Below, piece by piece: positions 46,743-57,278 of a stretch of DNA of 64,000 nucleotides. Source of the DNA: an uncultured virus (IMG/VR IMGVR_UViG_3300042451_001437) (Duplodnaviria; Heunggongvirae; Uroviricota; Caudoviricetes); the IMG/VR virus record IMGVR_UViG_3300042451_001437; one strand, 5' to 3'. How positions within the stretch are numbered: position 1 is the stretch's first letter; each line of letters starts with the position of its first letter. A program made the translations under genes and the position numbers. Under the pieces are notes generated by a model. That model searched no databases. It saw nothing but the letters and a program-made list of their open reading frames with translations, and was not told the DNA's origin.

Positions 46743-49700
46743 TTACCATTTTAATTTATCGTTAGTGTCATTCATTCGTTTAAGAAATTTAACAGCGTTT
46801 ACGCTTCTCTTATACGGTGCTGTGTTACTTTCTTCACTATGGTATTTATCCCAACCTTGGTTGCAATTAAAACAAACTTCAGTTTTCCAGGCAAAAACAT
46901 ATGCGGCAACATAAGCTTGTAATTCATCAGGTGATAAACCACCAACATTACTTGTAGCAACAGTGAAATTTTGTTGTATCTCTTTTTTAAGTTGGGCACG
47001 GAATTGGTCTGTAGTCCTTTTTGTAGGGCCTTCAACCATATAATTTAATTGAGCCACAACGGTTCTACCTATCACATCAAAACCTTTTTCAACATCTTTT
47101 GTACCACCAGCAATATATCGACCATTCCATTGTATTAAACCTAAAGATGGGTAACCGTTAAAATCTTTAGCATTTGTGGAATAAGGATTAAACGTGGTTA
47201 TAGTTTCTATATACATGTTACCCAAAACACCCGCAACTTCATATTTACTCCAACCTCTAGCTTGTAGATATTGTTTAATTTCAAGTATATTAGCCTCTGT
47301 TTCGGCACTATTAATTGTTTTTTTATCTGGACCAGCCGCACTATATGCTAAATAACTAGCTGGATCTACTTTTTTCAAACCAATAAAACTAGTATAATCA
47401 GTTGCAATACCCTCACCAACTTCAAAGTGTAAATGCGCACCACCATTTTTAGCGCTACCCTCATCACCTGATAAAGCTATAATATCCCCAGCAGAAACAG
47501 TTGCACCAACAGAAACTTTTTCTGCTGATATATGACCATATAATGTGCTCACATTTTTATCACTGTGTGCAACTATAACAGCTCTACCATAACCACCTGG
47601 ATTACATGGTCCAACAAACACAACTTTACCTGGTAAAACAGAATAAACACTAGTACCAACGGACGCTTTTAAATCAACACCCTCGTGCATTCTTGTTTCA
47701 CCATTCAAGGTTCTCATCCCGTATTTAGACGTAACAACCATTTCTTTTAAAGGATCAACCCAACCACTAATCTTTGTTTTTGTACCATCCGCAAATCTTC
47801 TAACAGGTGGTTTATAAATTTGATCTGACGTAATTGCTTTATTAACTATTGTCCAATCTTGTAGTGTTTGTTCTGAACCTAAAACTGATCTATTAATATA
47901 ACTTTTAATTGTTCTGTCTTTAGCCTCTGTAGCTTTTAATTGGTCTTCAGGTGATATTGCAATAAAACTAATATATGATTTACCATTACTAATAGCACCT
48001 AAAACATCAGCTTGATAAGTGGTTTCATCTGTTCCTCTACCACCTGGTAAATAAGGGTCACCATATGATGCCCCATAAACAAATTCGCCTGATAACGGGC
48101 TTGTTTGACCACTTACGGTACCAAATCCAAGTACCACAGCTGGTTTTGTATCAATATTAGCAAAGAAATTATTACTATTCAAAATAGGGCTATTACCACT
48201 ATTATTTATACCTATTGACCTATTATACTTTAATCTAGCATCTATGTGTGTTTTTGGTACAAACGGTGCTTTCCCATATCTAAGTACAACAAAATATTTT
48301 TCACCAACCTTACCCTTTGTTATTTTAGATGTATCAAAAGGTAATAAAACAATGTCACTACCATTATTATATGCGGTTGTTATTCTATCTTTATCGTTTT
48401 GCGTTAAATTAGTGTTTAACCACGCTTTGTAATCACCTATTGTTTCAATTAACTTATATTGTGAAATACCATTAAGAATTTTTGTTGGGTAACCATCGGG
48501 TGTTCTGTATGGTGTATAAACGTCAACAAAAATTGCATCACCATTTTCGGTGTATAATTTTGGATTTACATTTATACTCCATCTAGATGACAGACCACCT
48601 GTATTTGGTAGGATTTGGAGTGCTGTAAATGTTTCTTCTATACTACCATTGTGGTTACCATCTGGGAAAATCGATCCAGTTGTTTTAAATACGGTATTGG
48701 TTAAGTCATATCTACTAAAACCCTGTAATTCCTGAAAATTATTCGCTGGCTTATCTGAAACCCAATATGATGCACCAATAAAATCCGATTTACTGTTTTC
48801 AGATTTTGAGCTAGGTATTTCAATATCCTTAGGGTATGATACGGTTACACCTGTTACCGTGCCAGCCCCATCGTTACCTATAACATTACCAGTTTTTGTT
48901 GCGATTAATGTTGTTTTAATACCTTTTAATGGTTGGTCATGTTTTAAATATGCCGCCACTTCAGCCAATGGTTTTTGGCTAAATTCAAGTAGCATTTGTT
49001 CATATTGATTACCACTTGTTGGGTATGTGCTAAGTAAATTTGATATAGATCTACCCATACCGAGTTTAACAAACATGTCATAAAGAACGATATCCGCAAA
49101 ATATTTAACCGCTTCAGCTGGTTCTTGATTACCAGCAAGTAAAGATGCGTTGTTATATAAATAAGCTATTAAAGCTTTTATAAGTAGTTTGTTATTTTGA
49201 TCCCCATTTGTCATCAAATTAAGGTATGATGCTGCGATCCATTGTCCGCTATAGTTAACATAAACCCCACTATTAGCGGTTGTTGCTTGTGAAAATAAAG
49301 CGAATCCACTGTCTGTACCACCAGCTACTGATGTTCTATTATTATATGCATAAACATAACCATCGGTTGGTGTTGGCACCCTATTGTTAGGGTCAACGTA
49401 ACCAGTTGATTCAGCGTTAATTTTAGCTGTTTTAAGTAATTGCGCTAATATAGATGTATTGGCTGTTGGTTTTTTTGAAATCGGTTGTCTAACACCTTTA
49501 AATGTTGTTGTCATTGTATTCGGTGTTATTTTATGACTTACGTTTGTGATCCAATATGTACCATAAAATAAAGGCACATTTTTAATGTAAAAATATGTCA
49601 GTGGTTGAATGGCGGCATTACCTAAACTTGTAACAGTACAAGAATAAGACCTATTCTCCATAGCCGTAAATAATTTACCACTAGACAACTGAGCAACGTT

Positions 49701-52700
49701 TTCAGTTGATGCTAAGTTAACTTGTGTAAAAATACTCTCTTCCGTGTTTGCAAACTCATCTGTTGATAGTTGGATATTTTGGAACATGTTTTGGTTTTTA
49801 TTACCAAAATCAACAATAAATGAAGATACGTTTGAATTTAAAATATCATTTGGTATACCCTCATCTAAAATTATACCTTGATTATTTGTACCCAATTGTG
49901 ATGTTTCAATATCCAAACAAAACGTGTTACTTAAATCAAATTCCGATAAATTATTTCTTTTTTGTTTATTGCCAGCGGAAACATTTGATGTTAATGATCC
50001 TAATTGAAAGATAAATGCTGGGTTTGAATCAAACATTTCAAGATTGTTAAAAACACCAAACATATCATGGGCCACTTCAAATGGGTCTTCACTGTCTTTA
50101 ATAGCACCGTTTAAGTTAACATAAGATGTTAACGGTAATAATAAAAATTCATGATCACTGGCTAATGTTGATAATACGGACCACATAGATTTAGATCTTA
50201 GTGTATTGTCAACCTGCGTAGCGTTCTTTAAGTCTTCAGCAATAACTTTTTTAAGTGCATCAATATTAGCTAAAACTTTTGTACCGTAAGGGTTATTACC
50301 TCTATCGATAACCATGGCATAGTCGTAAAGATCTTTTAACTTACCATCATTTACATCTGCTGTTAATTTTTTATCAACACAATTTTCATAATCAGTATCA
50401 TCTGTTTCAACGTTAAAATTAAAAAACAATGGGTAGTTTAATATATCATTTACACTAATTTTTGCTAGATCCTTACTTGTTTTTTTGATTAATCTTTGAT
50501 CATTTAAATCTATGTCATTAAATGAAACACTTCTATCATATAAAGTTTTAATCCTATAGTATGTACCAGTCCTAGCCTCAATTTTTGATTTTGTTAACTC
50601 TTCATTATATTCGTCAAGATTACCCGAATCTGCTAATCTAGCCAAGCCGTCAACCTTTGATTTTGATAATTCAGCAAATCTTTTTAAACCAGTGTTAAAA
50701 GATTCTATCTGCTTTGTTAAAATATTTTTATTGGTGTAATCGATAAACTCTTTAAGTTTTTCAACAGCTTTAAGTTCATCAAAAGTGTTGTATAAATATT
50801 TTTGTTCAGCAACTTTTGTTAAAACACCGTTTACTACTTTTTCTGTTATGATATAATCATCAAGTATATAATCATACTTTTTATTAACAGCACCTTCAGC
50901 CGATGGGAATATTGTTGCGTTATAATAACCAGGTCTACCCGATCTATCTTCTCTGATGTTATTTACATACCCATTAAAGATATTTTCATTAAATAAATTA
51001 TATATATAATTTTTTATATAAGGTAACAATAATTTTAAATTACCTTCCGTAATCTCAATATTTAATGTAATAAAAAATGTTCTTACTAATTCAGGTAATA
51101 ACGTTTTTTCGAGTGTTGGTTCAACACCAAGTATTGGTTTATTATTTAAATATTTTTCAACAAGTGTATAATAATCCCCAGGTATTGTTTTTACATCATA
51201 AGCACTTACTGGTTGGTCACCAAATAATAATGTCCTAAACAGTAACCTATAATCAAGTTTATTAATAATACTATCAGCTGTTCTTGTTTCACTAGCGTAC
51301 ATTATTATTGGGTTGAATATATTAGAATTTAATCTAAGACCCTCTGGGTTATCACCAGTATTATCAACGTATAATGATCCAGTTGTTGAGTAATTATTAA
51401 TAGTTATTTTTGCGTTCATAAACTCATCAATAACGGCCTTAGCCTTGTTTTCCTGGCCAATTGTTAAAGAGTAGTTTATAATTTTAGACACATCATTTTT
51501 AGAAGCAAATTCGATAAAATAACCAGAATATCCACATAAAAAAGCTGATATTTCGTCTCTTGTATAAGCCTTATCTAAAGTTAATGTTTCTGGTAAATTA
51601 GAATAACCAAATATGTTTGTGTGTTTAATTAATGATTGAAAATTAAACGTATTAAACGCTTCAGTAAAATAGTTTTTTGTACTTGTGTCAGCAAAATTTT
51701 TAAATAACGATCTAAAATCTTCTAATTTATCAAAACCAAAGATATCAACAATACCATCAATAAATTCTTTACTATAAGTTAAATAAAGACTTGTGTCTTT
51801 TTGAAACCTTGAATAATCAAAAATCCTAAGTTCATCAACCAAGGGGTCACCCCATTCATAAAGTTCTTCTACGTTGTCACCATAACCATATTGTTCATTT
51901 TCAAAATAGTCATAAACTTTAATATCTTTTAAATGTTCACCTTTTTTAGATCTAAACGTACCTTTATTCGGGAAAATATTCCTAGCCTGGTCAAACCAAA
52001 ATAGTTTTGACGTATTATTAACTATAGTCCTATTATTAAAGTTTAAACCCTCAATACCATCTGGATTTGTTGTATTTGCAATAATATATAAATCATCATA
52101 CCTATCCAGGTTTGATGTTACCATTGGTTTTGTTATGTTTAATGTTGTTAAACCAGTGTTATAGGGAGACTGATCGTATTTCGGTAAGAAAAAATTATCG
52201 TTATCAGTTACCGAATTAGGTATTGTACCCTTTTCAGAATATTTTAATGTTGAAGCTAGCGCTTTTTGATCTAAAAACTCAGAATAGGTTGTATTAATCG
52301 CAACGTTATTAGGTAAATTTTCATAAAATATTTTATAATCAAAATTCAAAGCATCTAACAAATCATTATTTATGTCTGAGTAAGTAGTAAATGATGATTT
52401 TGTTAAACCAGTGATATAAGGGTTTAATAAATCGTTTGACTCCACAAATGCAGAAACATTATTTGTTTTATGGTATGTGTAATTTTTATTCGAAAATAAC
52501 TCTTTAATACCAATCTCACCACCACAACTTGGGTAAACAACGTAAGTACCCAACTTATCAATTGCTGACAATTTACTACTTTTTTCTGTGTTAAATTCTT
52601 TTGACCATAAAGATAATAATAGGTAAGCAACCTGTTCATGTTGTTTTTCCGCTAATTCATTTACTATATTTTTTAAAAAATCCGCAAGCTGTAAAAAAAT

Positions 52701-54020
52701 GTTTGTATCATATGTTATTACTGGCATGAATGAATTTGGATCCACATCATACAATGAAAGTACTCTAAGTGTTTTATTGGGTCTTCTAGAATCTTTTTCA
52801 CCACCATCTGGGTAAAAAAGTAAATGTATTAATAAAGCAGCAAAATCGGATAAATCTTTACCATCATTTTTTGCTTTTAAATTATTAACAGTACATAAAT
52901 CTTTAATTAAAAGATAAAAAGAATCTGTTGCAATATAACCACCAAGATAGTTGGCTTTAATTTTTGATAAAATTAGGAAAAATTCTGTTTTTTTAGGGTC
53001 TTTTGAGAAAACAAAATTAGTGTCTAAAGTAATTGATCTAGTTAGCGTGTCTAATGTATTTTTTATGCCATTAAGATCGTGCTGAACTGTTGTACCAAAA
53101 CTATTGTAAGAAGCTAAAAAGTTAAGTTGTGTGTCATTATATGTTTTAAAGGTTTTTAAATTACCCTTAAAATTACCAATAATATGATAAGGTACCCCAT
53201 TATCGTTTAAATTTGTGTTCTCATCTTTTTGGCCATCAAGTCCTTCCCCAAAAAAGAAATATGACATTGCGTTCATGTAATTGTTTAACACACCATACCC
53301 CGTAAAAGGTATGTGAGAAGCAATGTTGTTATTTAAAGGTATATATGTACTAAGATTGTAATCGTAATAGTTTTCTCTGTAGTTTTTAGAAATTTCAGTT
53401 TTACTAAATGAATCAGTACCATTACTAAAAACATCATCAATATGTCTTGGTGTTATTGGTTTAACAAAAGGTGCTGTAGCTAATATAAGGTTTTTATCAT
53501 CATAAACATATGTACCGTAATGTTTATTTTTTATGATCGGGTCATCTAATAAATCATAACCGTTTTTTGTTTTTAAACCATTAATTATATCAAAGTCAAT
53601 TTTATCATCTTTTTCATAATCATTATAATAATAAAAATCATAAATCCCACCAATTTTTAATATTGTATGTATTGGTAATTCAACCAGACCCTGGGTTGTT
53701 TTAAAAGCTGTTGTTAAAAATTTAATATCAATATAACCACTATTTGATGGGCATTTAATTTGTCTTAAAAACATCTGGCTACTTTTAAAAAATTTACCAG
53801 TTTTAAATTCTTTTACAATATTTTGAGCAAAAACAGTATGATTAGTAAAAGTATCCCAACCTAACGTAGTAATGTCAGCGTCATCTCTTTCCTTTTGAAG
53901 TGTATCAAAAGTACCGTCAATAGTTTCCCCTGTAACGCTACTCATCATAGCGTTTATATCGATATCATTGTTTAGTAGATATCTTTTATCTAAAAAATCT
54001 TTATTATTATAAAACGGCAT
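46743..54020 (-). CDS. Baseplate hub / tail-associated lysin (gp27/VgrG-like segment + M23 peptidase + phage tail lysozyme)
   Basis: YSCTVTSLGNAAIQP...GTYWITNVSHKITPNTMTTTFKGVR hub-like motif; M23 HEGVD, LYGH, HLHFEV; lysozyme-like AGVLGNMYIET..GLIQWNG. Confidence 0.82.
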   Translation of the reverse strand: MPFYNNKDFLDKRYLLNNDIDINAMMSSVTGETIDGTFDTLQKERDDADITTLGWDTFTNHTVFAQNIVKEFKTGKFFKSSQMFLRQIKCPSNSGYIDIKFLTTAFKTTQGLVELPIHTILKIGGIYDFYYYNDYEKDDKIDFDIINGLKTKNGYDLLDDPIIKNKHYGTYVYDDKNLILATAPFVKPITPRHIDDVFSNGTDSFSKTEISKNYRENYYDYNLSTYIPLNNNIASHIPFTGYGVLNNYMNAMSYFFFGEGLDGQKDENTNLNDNGVPYHIIGNFKGNLKTFKTYNDTQLNFLASYNSFGTTVQHDLNGIKNTLDTLTRSITLDTNFVFSKDPKKTEFFLILSKIKANYLGGYIATDSFYLLIKDLCTVNNLKAKNDGKDLSDFAALLIHLLFYPDGGEKDSRRPNKTLRVLSLYDVDPNSFMPVITYDTNIFLQLADFLKNIVNELAEKQHEQVAYLLLSLWSKEFNTEKSSKLSAIDKLGTYVVYPSCGGEIGIKELFSNKNYTYHKTNNVSAFVESNDLLNPYITGLTKSSFTTYSDINNDLLDALNFDYKIFYENLPNNVAINTTYSEFLDQKALASTLKYSEKGTIPNSVTDNDNFFLPKYDQSPYNTGLTTLNITKPMVTSNLDRYDDLYIIANTTNPDGIEGLNFNNRTIVNNTSKLFWFDQARNIFPNKGTFRSKKGEHLKDIKVYDYFENEQYGYGDNVEELYEWGDPLVDELRIFDYSRFQKDTSLYLTYSKEFIDGIVDIFGFDKLEDFRSLFKNFADTSTKNYFTEAFNTFNFQSLIKHTNIFGYSNLPETLTLDKAYTRDEISAFLCGYSGYFIEFASKNDVSKIINYSLTIGQENKAKAVIDEFMNAKITINNYSTTGSLYVDNTGDNPEGLRLNSNIFNPIIMYASETRTADSIINKLDYRLLFRTLLFGDQPVSAYDVKTIPGDYYTLVEKYLNNKPILGVEPTLEKTLLPELVRTFFITLNIEITEGNLKLLLPYIKNYIYNLFNENIFNGYVNNIREDRSGRPGYYNATIFPSAEGAVNKKYDYILDDYIITEKVVNGVLTKVAEQKYLYNTFDELKAVEKLKEFIDYTNKNILTKQIESFNTGLKRFAELSKSKVDGLARLADSGNLDEYNEELTKSKIEARTGTYYRIKTLYDRSVSFNDIDLNDQRLIKKTSKDLAKISVNDILNYPLFFNFNVETDDTDYENCVDKKLTADVNDGKLKDLYDYAMVIDRGNNPYGTKVLANIDALKKVIAEDLKNATQVDNTLRSKSMWSVLSTLASDHEFLLLPLTSYVNLNGAIKDSEDPFEVAHDMFGVFNNLEMFDSNPAFIFQLGSLTSNVSAGNKQKRNNLSEFDLSNTFCLDIETSQLGTNNQGIILDEGIPNDILNSNVSSFIVDFGNKNQNMFQNIQLSTDEFANTEESIFTQVNLASTENVAQLSSGKLFTAMENRSYSCTVTSLGNAAIQPLTYFYIKNVPLFYGTYWITNVSHKITPNTMTTTFKGVRQPISKKPTANTSILAQLLKTAKINAESTGYVDPNNRVPTPTDGYVYAYNNRTSVAGGTDSGFALFSQATTANSGVYVNYSGQWIAASYLNLMTNGDQNNKLLIKALIAYLYNNASLLAGNQEPAEAVKYFADIVLYDMFVKLGMGRSISNLLSTYPTSGNQYEQMLLEFSQKPLAEVAAYLKHDQPLKGIKTTLIATKTGNVIGNDGAGTVTGVTVSYPKDIEIPSSKSENSKSDFIGASYWVSDKPANNFQELQGFSRYDLTNTVFKTTGSIFPDGNHNGSIEETFTALQILPNTGGLSSRWSINVNPKLYTENGDAIFVDVYTPYRTPDGYPTKILNGISQYKLIETIGDYKAWLNTNLTQNDKDRITTAYNNGSDIVLLPFDTSKITKGKVGEKYFVVLRYGKAPFVPKTHIDARLKYNRSIGINNSGNSPILNSNNFFANIDTKPAVVLGFGTVSGQTSPLSGEFVYGASYGDPYLPGGRGTDETTYQADVLGAISNGKSYISFIAISPEDQLKATEAKDRTIKSYINRSVLGSEQTLQDWTIVNKAITSDQIYKPPVRRFADGTKTKISGWVDPLKEMVVTSKYGMRTLNGETRMHEGVDLKASVGTSVYSVLPGKVVFVGPCNPGGYGRAVIVAHSDKNVSTLYGHISAEKVSVGATVSAGDIIALSGDEGSAKNGGAHLHFEVGEGIATDYTSFIGLKKVDPASYLAYSAAGPDKKTINSAETEANILEIKQYLQARGWSKYEVAGVLGNMYIETITTFNPYSTNAKDFNGYPSLGLIQWNGRYIAGGTKDVEKGFDVIGRTVVAQLNYMVEGPTKRTTDQFRAQLKKEIQQNFTVATSNVGGLSPDELQAYVAAYVFAWKTEVCFNCNQGWDKYHSEESNTAPYKRSVNAVKFLKRMNDTNDKLKW

Positions 54021-54023
54021 ATT

Positions 54024-56957
54024 TTATATTAGTATTTTACTATATTTAGTTTGACTTTTAATTTTATTTTCTGGCTTAAGATTTGGGTCAACCAATTCGG
54101 TTTTAGCGGATATTGCCAAGGCATTAGAATCTTCACTATTAGCGGAAACTTTATTATCAATTTTAAAATCCATTGGGATCTCGTTTAATGAAATATTTTC
54201 ATCATCTATATAACCACTAACATTTTTAGTTGTCGGTGTGTAGTTAGCTTTAATCTCAGCTGAAAGATTAACCATAGTTGGGTCATAACCCTCATTTTTA
54301 TCATGAGCATTTAAACCGTTAAAAAACACAGCGTTTAATCTAGTTGATGTATTTGGGTTTTTACGGTTTTTGTATTCCAATGGATCGTAATTATACAAAG
54401 ATTTAAAAGTTTCTAAATTTGTTGCGCTATTAATATAACCCTCAATTTTTTGTTTACTACTATTAATTTCAGATGACGTATATTGGACATCCATTAACTT
54501 ATTCATCTCAACAATAATGTTATTGATGTTGTTAACTAAACCAAGCGAGTTATTTGCGCTACCAGCCATTGTTCTAGCAAATGCATCATAGTGTGTTTCT
54601 GTATTACCAGTTGGTGCAATTTTATTTGTTATATTATTAAAAAATATACTAACACTTGTTTTTTCAGCGTTTCTAACCGTATCCTCTAACATTAAGAATT
54701 CATGGTTTGTAAGCATATTAACTAACTTTGTGTTTATTTTTTCGGTTGACCCGAAAGCAAAACCAGAGAATAACATTAATTTGTCAACAAATTCATACAC
54801 CGTTTCAATGGGTGTTTGTTGTGTATCATAGGAATTAAGGTTATTTATAACCAGTAATGATGATATTAAACCACGTACTTGATTACTAACATTAAGTGCT
54901 GTTTTATTTATTATTTGTTCATTATATATTTGAGACTCGTCATCATCCGCATCAAGCTCTTTACTACCAATTGCGGTCATTCTTTCTAATGCACGAAAAA
55001 TCTCCTCAACAAACTGAACTTCAAACCAACCTTTTGTTTTTGCATTACCAGGATATGTTTTTTTAAAAACATATGTATTACTCTCTGTATCTAATTCTTT
55101 TTGGAAGTAATTAGGGAATGGGTAAAATTTTTGTATATCTGGGTTATCTACATCTATCTCATACTCACCAAAAAGTGATTGTATTTTTTGTCTACTTTCA
55201 CTATCAGCAATTTGTCTAAATGAGTTTAAAGCTGAAAGGTTTAATAATGTTAAAAAAACCTGCATGTTATTCATTAAAATACGAATAACATTATCAATAT
55301 TTGGTACAAAACCAACCTTCTCCTTTAACTGAAAAAATAATTCATCTTCGGTAACCGACTCAACTCTCTCAAAGAAAAGAATAAGATTACTTGTTATTAT
55401 TTTATGTACCTCTCTGAAAAATTTATCACTAAAATAAACTTCACCAAGATCATCAATATTTTTTGATGATGTGTTATTAAATAATATTAAATCATCATTA
55501 AAAATTGTTTTTAGATCATTACTATCTAATTTTTGTGCGTATGAAACTTCGTTTTTAAAACCAGCTGATGCTGTTAATTTTAACTTAATTTCATTAATGA
55601 TATTTTGTTTTAAACTAATATTAGCCCCTTCGGTTGTTTTATAAGCATCACCAGAAAATAAAGCGGCTTGGGCTACTACAGTTTCAGCGTAATCCCTTAT
55701 TAAACGATATGGGTCAACTTTATTTTGACCAGTTTCGTTAACCATTGTCTCACTTTTTAAATTAGCTAAAGTGCCGCCATTTAACCTGGTTATAAGATCA
55801 CCTTTAAGATAATAATCACTTGGGTTTCTTTTATCTTGACTTAATAATTTCTGCCAAATAGGTAATTGTTGTTTTAAAGAAGTATTAAATTTATCTTCTA
55901 ATTTTGAATATGCCTCTAATGCAATACCTCTATCTTTGTTAATTTTTTGTAACTCGGAATCATAAGCTAATTCATCATTGTTTAAAACATTACTTGTTCT
56001 AATCATATCCATTATTGATGGGTATTTCGTAAACTGGTGTTTTCTAAACTCATTTTTACTTCTTTCATCTGGGCCTTTTATTACCCATTTACCATCAACT
56101 CTTTCAGTGGTTACATTATACTGTTTTTCATATTTTTTATTTTGTTTTTGATATAAACCTTTTAATAATCTTTTACCGAGGTAATCTTTACTACCTTCAT
56201 CACCTATTCTATACATATAGGGTGCTAAATAGGCGTATACCATTAAAAAGTTATTGTATATTGAGAAGGTTCTTGACAAAAATTCCGCCCTAATAATGTA
56301 ATTACCAGTTGAGGAGTCAAATGTTGTTGAGGTTTTTGTCATTGACAACGGGTATTCGATACCCTTACCGTAATACCCCTTTATAGTTAAACTAAATAAA
56401 GGGTATGGGAACCTATAAAAAATATTATATGGATTTGTTGGGTCGTTACCTCTTTCAAGCAAGGTTCTACCCTGTACATCAACAAACTCTATTTTTATAA
56501 TAGGTGTCATTGATGCGTTATGCGATATGTCAATATTAGTTATACCAAATGTTTCTGGGTCAAAAAAACTTTCCTGACCAGTATTAGTTGTAAAAAAGTC
56601 ACTCCAGTCTGTTGTAAACACACCTTTATTCTTTTTTTTGTCAAAATTTATAGTACCGTCATTATTTTTTGTAGCTTCTCTTAGTGGGTTCATAAAATTA
56701 ACCCCTATTTGACCTATTGTTATAACATTATAACTAGTACCATCCTGTATTATTGCACTATCTGGGTTTAAACGAGCGGTAAGATTTGCATACATAACAA
56801 GATCTTCCTGTTTAACATATCTTGGTATAATGTCGTTTTCGCTGTTAATAACCTTATTAGGGTCAACAACAAAAACCCCATTTGGTATAGGGCTATTTGC
56901 TTCAACGGATCTTTTACCAAAGCTAGATAATATTTTTTCATCATATTTATTATCCAT
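54024..56957 (-). CDS. Baseplate hub-like protein, N-terminal part (977 aa)
   Basis: FGITNIDISHNASMTPIIKIEFVDVQGRTL..FSLTIKGYYG beta-barrel-like pattern; between the LysM-like gene and the hub-lysin gene. Confidence 0.6.
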   Translation of the reverse strand: MDNKYDEKILSSFGKRSVEANSPIPNGVFVVDPNKVINSENDIIPRYVKQEDLVMYANLTARLNPDSAIIQDGTSYNVITIGQIGVNFMNPLREATKNNDGTINFDKKKNKGVFTTDWSDFFTTNTGQESFFDPETFGITNIDISHNASMTPIIKIEFVDVQGRTLLERGNDPTNPYNIFYRFPYPLFSLTIKGYYGKGIEYPLSMTKTSTTFDSSTGNYIIRAEFLSRTFSIYNNFLMVYAYLAPYMYRIGDEGSKDYLGKRLLKGLYQKQNKKYEKQYNVTTERVDGKWVIKGPDERSKNEFRKHQFTKYPSIMDMIRTSNVLNNDELAYDSELQKINKDRGIALEAYSKLEDKFNTSLKQQLPIWQKLLSQDKRNPSDYYLKGDLITRLNGGTLANLKSETMVNETGQNKVDPYRLIRDYAETVVAQAALFSGDAYKTTEGANISLKQNIINEIKLKLTASAGFKNEVSYAQKLDSNDLKTIFNDDLILFNNTSSKNIDDLGEVYFSDKFFREVHKIITSNLILFFERVESVTEDELFFQLKEKVGFVPNIDNVIRILMNNMQVFLTLLNLSALNSFRQIADSESRQKIQSLFGEYEIDVDNPDIQKFYPFPNYFQKELDTESNTYVFKKTYPGNAKTKGWFEVQFVEEIFRALERMTAIGSKELDADDDESQIYNEQIINKTALNVSNQVRGLISSLLVINNLNSYDTQQTPIETVYEFVDKLMLFSGFAFGSTEKINTKLVNMLTNHEFLMLEDTVRNAEKTSVSIFFNNITNKIAPTGNTETHYDAFARTMAGSANNSLGLVNNINNIIVEMNKLMDVQYTSSEINSSKQKIEGYINSATNLETFKSLYNYDPLEYKNRKNPNTSTRLNAVFFNGLNAHDKNEGYDPTMVNLSAEIKANYTPTTKNVSGYIDDENISLNEIPMDFKIDNKVSANSEDSNALAISAKTELVDPNLKPENKIKSQTKYSKILI

Positions 56958-57270
56958 AATACGCTACCCTATTTTTCAATTTTGTTTCATATTCTTTTAA
57001 TGTATCCTGTAATGGGTATGGTACCCTTAAAGTTGTATTATCAGGTATTTCCCATTCACTAGAAGCTACGTCTGGGTTAGCCATTAAAATTAACCACCCA
57101 TAATATGGTACAGAATAGTATTGTTGGCTAATTTTATCCAACCTACTCTTACTTGTATTATAAACAGTGAATAAATCAGTTGTTTTTTCCGTTAACTTAA
57201 TAAACGGTGCTGATATGTGTTTTGAATCACTATCTAATGTTTTGTATCTATTAAAGTATCTAAGTGCCAT
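56950..57270 (-). CDS. Baseplate LysM-like protein (P2 gpX/T4 gp53-like)
   Basis: RLDKISQQYY...YGWLILMANP...IPDNTTLRVP. Confidence 0.8.
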   Translation of the reverse strand: MALRYFNRYKTLDSDSKHISAPFIKLTEKTTDLFTVYNTSKSRLDKISQQYYSVPYYGWLILMANPDVASSEWEIPDNTTLRVPYPLQDTLKEYETKLKNRVAYYG

Positions 57271-57278
57271 ATTAATAA

